64,000 bases of DNA from Microthyrium microscopicum (lineage: Eukaryota), in contig MU004233.1 in the NCBI GenBank assembly GCA_010405405.1, forward strand, positions 819,122 through 883,121. The letters run 5' to 3'. The position numbers and the translations under genes were made by a program. Below are positions 50,122 to 61,466 of the stretch, in pieces (position 1 is the stretch's first letter; every line of letters begins with the position of its first letter). The notes under the pieces were generated by a model, which did not search any database, was not told the DNA's origin, and saw only the letters and a program-made list of their open reading frames with translations.

Positions 50122-52091
50122 ATGGCTGACATGCAGCAGCACGAGCGGTCTCGATCTCCGCGTCGACGCTCTCGAAGCCCACGCCATCGCAACCGATCAT
50201 ATTCGCCTCGTAGTAGATCCCGAAGCCGTGACGGTTATCGACGAAACGATCGTAGATCTCGCTCTCCCGGTGGTTCTGGTAGCGGCCGTGCGCCTCATAG
50301 AAGTCACGAATCCAAAGATCAAATGATGGCGAATATGCGCGAAAATTCCCAACAAGACCGTCGCGTCTACGTTGGCAACCTCTCATACGATGTCAAATGG
50401 CATCATCTGAAAGACTTTATGCGTCAAGGTATGCGCGCATTACAACGTTCATGGCTGCGGAACTGACATGGTTTATAGCTGGCGAAGTCCTCTTCGCAGA
50501 TGTGTTACTACTCCCAAATGGGATGTCAAAGGTGGGCTGATACTCGGGCTGGTTTTGCTACAACTTTTTTTGGAATAATGGGATCTGACGGATTGGTTTT
50601 GTCTATGTGTTTAGGGATGCGGGTAAGCTTCCACCTCTATAAAACCCCCCAAATAGCCTGCATTTCAGTACTGCAGCGCATCGTATTTCGATGTGCCAGC
50701 TACTGAATGCTGGCTATTGGCAATTTGCTATATATCTCTTCCGCGAATCAGGCTAACAAACTTTGCAGAATAGTGGAATATGCTACACGCGATCAAGCGC
50801 AAAACGCCGTTACGACCCTTTCGAATCAGCAATTGATGGGACGTCTTGTTTACGTCCGAGAAGTCAGTCTTACTACCTCATCCATCAATTCACCAACTCA
50901 TTATGTTCTAGGACCGCGAAGCCGAACCTCGATTCTCAGCCCCAGGCGGTAATATGCGCGGCGGAAATGGTGGTGGTTTCGCACCTCGCGGAGGTTACCA
51001 AGGCGGTTTCCAGGGCGGCGATATGGGTGGTGGTCAAAATGCTGGCCGCCAGCTCTATGTTGCAAACGTTTGTTTCTCCTCTCGTACGACCTATCAATAG
51101 GTCGCGATGCTAACTGATCATAGCTTCCTTACAATGTCGGTTGGCAAGATTTGAAAGACCTCTTCCGCCAAGCTAGTGAGTCCCACCTTTTCTGACACTG
51201 ACTACATCTATAGTGTATGTACTTACCACCGTCTTAATAGCTCAAATTGGCAACATCATTCGTGCCGATGTCCATATTGGCCCCGATGGTCGCCCCAAAG
51301 GCTCCGGCATTGTAGTCTTTGATAACCCTGACGACGCTAGAACCGCCATTCAGCAATTCAATGGCTATGACTGGCAGGGCCGTCAGCTCGAAGTGCGTGA
51401 AGACCGATTTGCTGGCATGGGTCCACCTGGAGGCCGCGGCGGGTTCGGTGGCGGATTTGGAGGCCGTGGAGGATATGGCGGAGGCTTCGGCGGTCGCGGT
51501 GGATTCGGTGGCCGTGGTGGCTTCGGCGGCGGAGGATATGGAGGTGGTGGTCGCGGTGGCTACGGTGGAGGAGGCGGTGGTTATGGAGGAGGCCCAGGTA
51601 GCGCCGGCGGCTTCGAACAAGGAAGTGCTCCTCCTCAGCCTCAGGGCCCGAACGCGTTCACCGACTTTGCCATTGCGGGTGGAGAACGCAATCCCATCAT
51701 CTATGTTCGCAACGTAAGTTTATGGTTGAAAGATTTTCAGGACACCACTAACTCTGCTTAGCTCCCATGGTCAACCAGTAACGAAGATCTCGTCGATCTC
51801 TTCACCACCATTGGAACTGTCAAGCGCGCCGAAATTCAGTACGAGCCTAGCGGTCGCTCCCGCGGATCCGGTGTGGTCGAGTTTGATACAGACGAAGAAG
51901 CCGAAACTGCGATCTGTATGTTGATGCCTAAACTGCTTGATATCTGCTAATATTCCATAGCCAAATTCACTGGATACCAGTATGGCGGTCGTCCTCTAGG
52001 TCTTTCCTACGTTCGATACTCGAATCAGACCAATGGCGATGCCATGGACGCCGAAGCTACTGGCGGCTTGACTCAAGACCAAATTATGTGA
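50122..52091 (+). CDS. GBP2: SR-like three-RRM RNA-binding protein (Gbp2/Hrb1 orthologue) with RS and RGG regions
   Basis: Nine exons: 50122-50428, 50479-50531, 50615-50622, 50769-50862, 50912-51067, 51124-51175, 51241-51713, 51762-51915, 51961-52091; RVYVGNLSYDVKWHHLKDFM, SKGCGIVEY, NLPYNVGWQDLKDLFR, NLPWSTSNEDL. Confidence 0.93.
50652..50718 (+). other. Long imperfect RNA hairpin within GBP2 intron 3
   Basis: AATAGCC/GGCTATT, GCAT/ATGC, TCAGTA/TACTGA, CTG/CAG and GCGCATCG/CGATGTGC pair around a TATTT loop. Confidence 0.75.
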
Positions 52092-53209
52092 TAGGTCTCG
52101 GATTCACAAGCCTTGTGTCTTTTCTTTGCAAAAATCTGTCAGAATACTTTCGAGGCCGCCTGTTTCTCTTAATCATCGCCCAAATGCTGGTTCGCAACCA
52201 ACGTTTTGACACTGGCAATATTCAGATTGGGATATCATTGGGTCGCTTCGACTGGTTGTCTGTTCTGTCGACTGAATGACAGGCGTATTGAGGGATTCAA
52301 AAAAGAATATAACTACCATTGCTTCTTGGATCTTTGGGGATCACGGAAGCTGTTTTCTTGTGTAGGTGCTGTTTTAGGTATCTAGGGTTAGTGCAGGCGA
52401 AAAAAGTGTGGTTCATCAGGAGTTTTTGATGGAAAAGAATATTTGTGCTGTGGTTCAGGGACTGATGGTGTTATCAACTGGTGTCGCCCTTCTTCGGAAC
52501 GAAAAGTCAACTGTAGGATATTTGTGTTGGCCAGGTTCCCTTCTTCGCGACTTGCGATTGATACCCCCTTTTCGGTTCATTGGTCGTTGCTTTGGGCCGC
52601 CGATGAGAGGTAGGGATAGTACTGCTGGTGTTTCTGATGTGTGAATATTGGGTCTTGGTCGCATGTGTTGTACCATATTTCTTGGCTGGTAATTCTAGGC
52701 TCTTATATGCTGGCTTCTGGTTGTTTGATGCAGATTTGGACTGGCTGAGTACATGTAGCTTGGACTAATGCATCAAGTCTTACCAGTATGATTTATCGTT
52801 TCTTGATGAGATCCTAATCTACAGGATTCAACTTAACTACTGACTCAACTTGAAGAGCGGATGCTAGCAGAACTGCAAGGGTGTTCATTTACTGGTAAGT
52901 TCCATATCAGCCAGGCTTCATGTTTGACAACAATCCTGCTTGATATGCCTTGCTGCCTAGCACACTCTAGTCCCCAGTTCTGCCACCCAATAAGCTCCTT
53001 GCTAAACTAGGTGATATGCACGCACTGCGCCTCTTTCGACGACCCCCAAGTGGTCAAGTAGAGTTCCAACCCATTCATGCACAATAGGAAGTAGAACGAG
53101 AATCTCTTCTTCCACATAACCTTGATCACCATTGATCTCATAGCTTTACTCTAGTAGCACTCTTTGGGCTCCGTGAGACCACATGCCCGAAGAAGAAGCC
53201 TGAGGAAGC

Positions 53210-54224
53210 ATGGAGCATCTGTCATTCCTCTCCGAAACTGAAACTGCGATATCCATAGCCACAAATGTCGCCAAAATTCTTGGCGTTGCGATTGCTCAAA
53301 CAAGCAGCATCAGCCGCTCAGGTGAACGCTTGGTCGAACAACTGCATCATGAAGTTGAGGATACTCGAGATGTGCTCCAACGGCTAAAGGGCGATGTCTC
53401 AGAATATCAGATCGAAGTTGCCGTCTTTGAAAGCCAGACTTGCCAGACCAGCCACATCGGCAATCATTGGGAACACATACTACGTCTACTGCTCCGTCTC
53501 AGCGAGGAATTGCAGGAACTAAAGGATCTGCTGGAAAACGCAGTCGGCGGATACCTCGTGGCAAGATCAAGGCCGATGAAAACATTAGGAACACAGTTCT
53601 TGAAGAGCGATATCGAGTATTATCGGGAAGAGATCAAAAAGTCCAATTATACCATTGTGTTATTGTTACAGACGAGTTTTTTGTAAGTCACTGCTACAAT
53701 TGAGCTTCCAGAAGTTGCTGAGTCCGCCTCCTAGATCTCGTTGCATGGACTCGATGACGGTTTTGAATGCCTCTCAGCCGAGCCGCTCGGAAATCGAGCT
53801 TACGGCTTGGTCGGAGGACATCGAAACAATATCCGTTGCTGCGACTTGTGGGAGTGACCCGTCACCATACACCGATGAGAATGCGACTTCTCCTCCTACC
53901 AGCACTATCTGGGACCGGAGCTTGGATACAGTGAGCCAGTCTGACACCTTTCAGCCAAGCTATGCAGAAAGTGAGCATGCTATAACTTACCCCGGAAACA
54001 GGTTGGAGGAAGCCGGCGCCAATGCCAATGGTACAATCTTTGCCAGTAGTCCATCAGGGTGGAACGATGCCGTTGTACTGTCTCTTGGTGCAAGCACTAT
54101 CCGTCAGAAACCCTTACATAGAATGAGTCAGCTTAGTGACTGCCTCAATCCTTTCGCAGTCTCCAACACACCTTTCGCACTTTCGAATGCCCCTTTCGCA
54201 GTTCTGGATACCAATATACCATGA
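53210..54224 (+). CDS. Hypothetical protein with helical N-terminal domain resembling the fungal STAND N-terminal (HeLo-like/SesA) class
   Basis: Exons 53210-53682 and 53735-54224; amphipathic helical N-terminus (AISIATNVAKILG...L.HEV....VL..L); Ser/Thr-rich linker; family assignment by pattern only. Confidence 0.5.
54150..54212. repeat. Three imperfect 21-nt tandem repeats (CCTTTCGCA core)
   Basis: cctttcgcagtctccaacaca / cctttcgcactttcgaatgcc / cctttcgcagttctggatacc. Confidence 0.8.
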
Positions 54225-54583
54225 GTATACCACGGCAAGCCTGGCCATCGGGATGTGGTTTTACTCTTCAGCGGTAGAGGAATGGTATTACAAATGATCG
54301 AAGTACGCAAGTGAGTGTCATGTATTCAAGACGAGGTATGAACAGCTTGGGCAAGACAGACCTTCCACAGTGGCTGTCTTCTTACTCTACAGGAACTTGT
54401 ATTGATCACTTAGGAGAACGACGCCGACAATAAAAAGTTAACGCCAGAATGAACGGGCAGAAGAGCCGGCAAATGCCAGTTTGAAAACTCAGAAGGAAAT
54501 GTGGCAAGTGGATTAAAATACCAACAACACCAGGCTCCGTACAAAAGCCTTTATCAAACTCAATCAATCAAACATTCAGTCAT

Positions 54584-56329
54584 TTAGTCAACCAACCAAC
54601 TCGCCAACGCCCACATCCCAACCATCGTCCACCCAACCGCCAGTCCCAACAGTCCGATCGCACAGCCAGCACCAACTCTCTCCCCACCAGCATTAAATCC
54701 AGCCTTTAAAACCCTCGGACTCACACCCTCCAGAATCCACAGCAAAGCGCCCAATATCGCCAATATCACAACCAACCCACCCATCCCCAAGATCCTCCCA
54801 ATCGCCCAGCCCTGCACAAACTCCAGTCCAGCCACGCATTCCCCGTGACCCTTCTCCGCCTCCTGCTCCCGCAGAGCATCCAACCGCTCTCTGGCATCAA
54901 ACATACGTCTCGCCGGACTATCCGCCGGCGGCGCAGGAGCAGGCGGTTGCAAAAGAGCAGGTGTAGTTGCCAATCGATGTGCCCAATGCACCCACATATA
55001 CTGTGCTTTGCCGCGAGCAGGATGCTTATACTGCGCCATCAGTTTATCTGCGCTGAAACTATCCTGGAGCCCATGTGCTGCCACATATGAAGGCGAGCGC
55101 GATGAAGTATGTGGACAACCGCTACCCGTCGTGATCGATATGCAGTTTGGTGAGTGCGTTAGGCTGATGGTGTGCAATGTACGTGCGGATAGGAGACGCC
55201 AGGGCCCAGCGAGGGAGGCGTAGGCGGAACGTAACTTGTTGAAGAGATGAGCGTCGTCGAAGTCTAGTGTCGCGAAATGAGCTTCGCTTTGTGCCGTTTT
55301 GACTTTCGCGCCGGTTAGTGGTGTTGCTGGGACGGCAAGTGGTGTTATATCGAGACTGCCGGGGATGTGTAGTTCGCGGATGTGTGTGGTGTGTGGTGCT
55401 GATGGTCGACGGCGCAGCGTGAGTACTAGGATGGCTTCGGGGGTTGCGTCGAGGGTGCTGATATGTGACTGTCGAACGTATGATTTCCGGATAGATATTG
55501 AGTGTGGATATGGTGTTCGCACGATGGGTGCTGATGCTGTCTTTGCCCGGTCAACTTCGATGGGTGGTGGTAAGATGGAGACGCGGCGGCGTGGGTTAGC
55601 TGCGACTTCGGGCTCGGTGATGGTGTTGGCGGTGCTGGCGGAGTCGGGCACGCTGTTGCTGCGGTCGTTGTTTGTGCGGATGATGGCCTCGAGGGTCAGC
55701 GCGTGGAGATCAAGGATAGGATCCGTCTTGGCCTTGTCGACAAGCATACTATTGGCAGTGGGTGGTGGAGCGGAGACGCCTGGCAATTCGGTGGGTATAT
55801 CACTGGGTTCTAGCAGTCGAGATAGGCGCGATCCTTCGCTCTGTCGATTCCTGGTGCTGTTGGTATAGTGCTCAACAGGCACAGTCTGAAATCCTGGAAG
55901 TCCTGGTATCGGCTGCCCAGGCACAGCCATGTCTAGAGGTTGATATGACCCAGAGTTGCGAGCTGATGTTTCCGGCGAGCGCGGTGGTCGCGGCGGCGCA
56001 ATTGTCTTTGGCCCATCTGCATCATTATTACAGCGAACCACAGGAGGCGTAGGAAATGAATCGCTAGTACCATTGATCCGTTTCTGCCTGGGCTGGCCAT
56101 CCTTTTGCGCTGGACCGTAAAGACTATCGTCTTCCTCAGAGGTATCTCCATCGAAAAAGTCGATATTGCGCATCCCCGGATCGACCAGTGGTTCGTCGTC
56201 CATGGTTTCGAGGTGTATACTTCTTACTCGACTGTCAGGCGGATCAATGATAACTGGAGATAGTGCTGGAGAGCTGGATAAGCGAGCGCCGTTGTTGTCG
56301 ACTACGGGCGGTGCCTCCAAGTCCATCAT
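54584..56329 (-). CDS. Hypothetical protein, disordered Pro/Ser-rich N-terminus and two C-terminal TM helices
   Basis: Long uninterrupted ORF; FDDAHLF..LR..Y..L....R..SAR.L and LEFVQGW.I.RI segments followed by two hydrophobic helices. Confidence 0.75.
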   Translation of the reverse strand: MMDLEAPPVVDNNGARLSSSPALSPVIIDPPDSRVRSIHLETMDDEPLVDPGMRNIDFFDGDTSEEDDSLYGPAQKDGQPRQKRINGTSDSFPTPPVVRCNNDADGPKTIAPPRPPRSPETSARNSGSYQPLDMAVPGQPIPGLPGFQTVPVEHYTNSTRNRQSEGSRLSRLLEPSDIPTELPGVSAPPPTANSMLVDKAKTDPILDLHALTLEAIIRTNNDRSNSVPDSASTANTITEPEVAANPRRRVSILPPPIEVDRAKTASAPIVRTPYPHSISIRKSYVRQSHISTLDATPEAILVLTLRRRPSAPHTTHIRELHIPGSLDITPLAVPATPLTGAKVKTAQSEAHFATLDFDDAHLFNKLRSAYASLAGPWRLLSARTLHTISLTHSPNCISITTGSGCPHTSSRSPSYVAAHGLQDSFSADKLMAQYKHPARGKAQYMWVHWAHRLATTPALLQPPAPAPPADSPARRMFDARERLDALREQEAEKGHGECVAGLEFVQGWAIGRILGMGGLVVILAILGALLWILEGVSPRVLKAGFNAGGERVGAGCAIGLLGLAVGWTMVGMWALASWLVD

Positions 56330-56569
56330 ATGGCACCAACGGGTGCAGGCGTGGCGAGAATTAAGGAAGGTGACGCGTAGAAATGACAATAACATATAAT
56401 TCAATGTTTTCATTTACTACGCTATGGGGTATTATGCAATTACGGGTCCACCGTGCACTACATTCCTCAAGCTGGTAGGACTACAACGTAGAGCGATATG
56501 CTGCAAGGAGTTGCATAAAAGTTGCGTTGGAATGCTGTGCTTGTTTGCTGTTGTACACTGTGATTTTGT

Positions 56570-59147
56570 CTAGTTGTTAGAGAACTTGCCCCCACAATAG
56601 ACACAAGTATCACAGACACTAAACAAGATCTTTGCCAGTGTCGGGTTACTATCTTCAGTACTTGTCGGTCCTTGGACTGCGCCGTTCGAGACTTCATTAG
56701 TGTCCACTGTACCGGATTTTGGAAAGGAACGTGGGTTGAGATATACCCGCGTGCAAATACCGCAGCTTTTGGATGACCGAGGAGCAGTGATGCACAAGAA
56801 TGACAGAGAGCAACGAGCTTTGCTTTGGTTAGTGACCTTAAATACAACAACACCGGCTTACTTACCAAATTTGTGGCCTTTGCTGCACTGACCCATCGAC
56901 CAATCTGTGAAAGGAATTGTGCGATCGCAGAACGGGCATGATTCTTCAGTGGTGTACGACGTGGAAGGGTCCAATCCAGTAGAACGTGCTGTTTCAAATG
57001 CCTTGTACATTGAGACCAGTTTTGTGCTCATCGGGTCGAGTTCCACTGCTTTGGCCATGCAGGTGACGAACGATGAGATGGTTCGGAATATGGCCGTATT
57101 GGTAGGGTCGCGGTTTTCTTTGGGCTGGACGTATTGCATTACTAAAGTTCGAAGCTGATCAATTCTAAGGAATCGGCTTCGAAGGAGTTCCTGCAAGGTT
57201 GAAAATGCGTCGTTGATTTTGATTTGCTTGTCACTAGGCGGTTGTCAGCAAGTGCGGATTGGGAGGATATAGATCAAAATACCTTTTGAGGATTGGGAGT
57301 TCATCTTCTTTACGGCTTGGATGTTGTTTCAACATCTTGTCAATAATATCATCAACTTGATGCTCTGGATGATCAATAGACTTGAGATCGTAGAGCCACT
57401 GTCTGATATTGAACGCAACTGCCTCTGACTTGAAACCTGGATACGTTAATTTATATCAGTAAAGGGAAGTGTCTCGCATACCTGACAAGTCCGTAATGTC
57501 GAAGAGTTTGGGGAATGGCATGATCTCGGTAGATCGCTCCAACGTTGGACTTATGGCAATCGCGGCTATTATCTTACTGGGAATGACATACATAGGCGTG
57601 TCATTTGGGTAGCATATCTGAGCCACTGCTGTTAAGTTACCCATTGGTGAGATATCGAGGCCCCAGTTCTGACTTCCAGCAGCGCCGTCCAGCTCATTGT
57701 CTGCGGCAAAATCGTATTGGCGCTCCAGTGCATCATTCTGCCAAACAGCCATTTCATCTTTGTAGTCTTTAAGATCAGGTAATTTATAGATCAAGCGAGT
57801 CTCTTCTTCCACGTCGGAATGAATGGATGTGAGGATTATAGATTTGCCTGATGGGTCTGTGGTTGGAACAACACTGCCAACGTTGCTCCACTCTTCTCTA
57901 ATCCTGTGATATACTTTCGAAGCTCGTGGCTTTTCAACCAAAATTGATGTGCTGAGGATTCTGTCGTAGAGACATACGACGAAAGTAACATGTCCATTTT
58001 TTCCTAGCGTGAATCGCATTGGTCCGACTATAGCACCCATTTCTGTGACGTCAAGATCGATTTCCACATCATCAATATTTGTGATGTTATTGTTCGCCAT
58101 AGTAATCTTCCGAAAGCCAATATGACCTCGAGCTGCATAGGCTATCAACGAACATGCTTTGTTGCCTTTTGTCTGAATCCATGGTGACCAAGCCAACTAT
58201 GAGCTGTCAGTATCATTTTACCAGCGTGCATCTTCTCATCCAATGCAGGGGGAAACATCGGATGATCGGAGTACAGAATGCCCAACAGAACGAGGAAGAT
58301 CCAAGAGGGATTTGTGATAAAAACGTACCTTCTCTGCATGTGAGATGTTTGCTGAATAGTCATTTACTGACCAAGAGAGGGTCGGACGAGCGATCTGACC
58401 CTCCTTAAGGATACTGATTTGATCGTCCACTTTAACAGTGAGCTCGCCATTGGGGGTGCACGTAACACTGATGATGAGAATGGCCAATTCATCATTTGCG
58501 ACCGCGATATAATTTGGCGTGCCATAGGATATTCGCGAACCCAAAGCATGACGTGGAGCCCAAGTGAAGCATCGAATGCGCTGGAAACGCTTCATCTCAT
58601 TTGACCGAGGACTTTCCTCGTCGGAGATTTTGTCCTCTGGATACATCTCGGTGTAATATTCCATGATCGAATGATTGAGAACAAGCACCCGGCCCCAGTT
58701 TGCGCCGATCAAGGCTGGACCACGTGTCGGTGCCCATAGCGAGAGCACAAGGTTGGAAGTCAATACGGTCAGGATACATCGTTTAAATCGTCTTAAGCCG
58801 GGCGGCGACCATTTGATAGCGGTGATATGACTGGACGACAGCTCCTCGCCTGCGGAGAAAGTCTCATAGCCGGCTGGCTCTTCGACTGGGATTTCTTCAG
58901 GAACTTTGAAAACATTTGTCTTGAAAAATGTAGCTGGATGCCATAAACTGTGCGATTGGCCAGGTCCTTCTATCAGATAGAGGCGTGGAATCTACAAATA
59001 TCAGCATTGGTTGAGAATCTTAGACTTGGTGATTTTTACCAAAATCAGGACTGATTCATCTCCTCCGACTGCAATTTCGCCATCTTCCGACCAGGTCAAC
59101 GCGTCCAAGGCCGCCGGGACGATGTTTTCGTAGCAGACTGTGTCCAT
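56570..59147 (-). CDS. Transcription factor IIIC subunit (delta/Tfc8-like WD-type N-terminus, C-terminal zinc finger)
   Basis: Six exons; LTWSEDGEIAVGG, IKWSPPGL....RC.L.VLTSNL.LSLW, LAWSPW; C-terminal CPFC...CSKGH.F.RCSLSF...CGIC...CVYCGGKF. Confidence 0.85.
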
Positions 59148-59757
59148 TTTTTAAAACTGTGATGTCGATGGTGAAACTGGAGTGGTTAAGAAAAGACTGT
59201 GGATGCTAGAGTCTTGAAGGTTATTTCAAGAAGGAGATATGTGGCCCTTCAGCAGAACCCCTTCAAAAGAGGAGAATTCCATCGTTACCGTGGGTATGGT
59301 TGGACTTCACATGGCTGAAGTGTGGTTGTAACTTGCAAGTTTGGGAAGGTGCGTTGAGGAACCAGAGGTGCACCTCCAATTTGGTCCCGCAATTTCTATC
59401 CTCTCAACCACCAAAACTTGCATCGTGAAATGGTCAACTCGCATCAAATTTTGAACATTCCATCCACTCTCTTCATCAAATGCGACGGGAGAACACCATG
59501 TGAACTCGCCTCTAGTTTCTTTGGATTGGTCCTTGAATAGTAGTTCATTCTTTTTGTCAAGTTGCCAACAGCAACGACTTTTTAAAATCTATAAGCTTTT
59601 ACAATGGTATAAGTTTCAGCCTCCGCGGCCAAGGAACATAATCCCGTTCCCAGCAACAAAACAATAAAAAATATATACAATTGATGCCCGCGCTATATCG
59701 AGCCAACGTGAGCGAAAAAAAAAACAGAAAGTCTATCTTACAACCAAAAAAGCTTTT

Positions 59758-61466
59758 CTATCGCAGTGTAGGTGGCTCAGCAAATAAGTTGATACGCTTG
59801 ATATGGGCGCCAATCATGCCCCAAATGCTGTCCTTGAGGTTATATCGTACGCCATGCTTCTTGCACGCGTCCTTGACGATCGGTGCGATTGCTGGGTAGT
59901 GCCATTGGCAGACGTAGGGGAAGAGGTGGTGTACGGCTTGGTAGTTGAGACTGCCGCATAGGAAGGTTGTCATGGCGTCGTCGTGGGCAAAGTCGAGGGA
60001 GGCTTCGACTTGGAGTTTGGCCCAGTCGGCTGTGATGAGGCCGTCTTCGTTGGGTTTGGGCCAGGCGACTTCATCGTTGACGTGGGAGGCTTGGAAGATG
60101 AGGGTTAGGTAGAGGGACCAAGTGAGATCGCTGATGGTGTGGAGAAGGATGAGGCGGATGATGGAGATTTTGAAGACGAAAAGCGGTAGGATGAAGTGGT
60201 GGGCGACGTAGACGGACTGCAGCAATGTTAGTATAAGATTGAGGGCATGGCATAAGCGCGGGTTTGTTTACCATGGTGGTCGCTCCCCAAGCCATTTCGG
60301 TCCAGGTTGGTGGGTTGATGGGGATGTTTTTGTGCGCTCGGTAGTAAAAGACATCCATCCATTCGAAGCACTTGCGTGATAGCACTAGCTGGCTGTATAG
60401 TGGGAGCCAGTAGTACTTTTGGAGACCATAAAAGTCCCACCATGGCTGATCTTCGTGGACTCGCATGATACCCGGGTCAGCGGACAAGATATCTGGGTCG
60501 ATACCAACAACATTGGTGAATGGGTGATGACCAAAACCTAAAATGATTAGCCAGAAGCTTAATAAACTTCCAACAAAACATACCATGCTGATAGATCCAG
60601 ACTGTCGTTGACAAACCAGTCAAGCACTCGTAAATTCTCCGTAAAATTGACCAATTTGTCGGATTCCGTGAAAAGGCCCCATGACAACCATCATGCAAAT
60701 GATAGAACCCCATCATGGCACAACACCAACCCATAACAAGCGCCGAAAACCAGGGAAGTAGAAAGTTGATTTGCGAAGCCCTCTCGGAGAACATTCCGAG
60801 GAAACTTGCGGCGAATACGAGGCCGAGAAAAGTGTAGATGATAACCATACCAGGTGCGTGCCGAGGATCAATACCCTTGTTTTTGAAATACTGTAGGACG
60901 CGCTGCAATTGCATTAGATCTCGAAACTTGATAGGCTAAAATTGCCGGCGGGCGCGTACCTGTTCAACTTCGATTGAAAATTGGCTCCGCTCTGCAAATT
61001 GCGGCATATTGGATTTTTTCAAGTTTCCAATCACATATTTGCTGTAAAGTTGTTAGCCGTGATTTGGCTCAGAAGAGGGCACACGACATACTTTAAAACC
61101 TTGGTATTCTTGTCGGTATGCATTGATTCGTACATGGCTGTGGCATCACGACCAGCAGCAAGAAGCAGCATTTCCTGTCCACCTGGATGTTTGTCGAGCA
61201 GATTTGTCAGATCGTAGACCTGTACCAGATTAGACCCAAGCTGAACAGAAATATGATTGAGAAGCAGGCACCTTTCCGCGAATGGCAACCCATGGTTTTC
61301 TCTCGGTGTTTGCAGCTTCAACCTCCTCGATCGTTATCGTTCTTATCGATTTCTGTGAAGATTTGGTTGTTGTGGATTTGACTGCGACATTGCTGCTCTT
61401 CTTGGTAATCTGGAGATGTCCATCTCCTTCACTGACTACTTGTATAAGGGTTGAGGCGCGATGCAT
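59758..61466 (-). CDS. Cytochrome b5-fused front-end fatty acid desaturase (Delta-5-like)
   Basis: Six exons; b5 domain AIRGKVYD...HPGG...AGRDAT; His boxes HDGCH, HGFGHH (across an intron) and QAVHH. Confidence 0.9.

Noticed and set aside
51430..51610. GGC/GGT-rich repeats
   Set aside because: They encode the RGG/GGY region of Gbp2; not an independent repeat element or array
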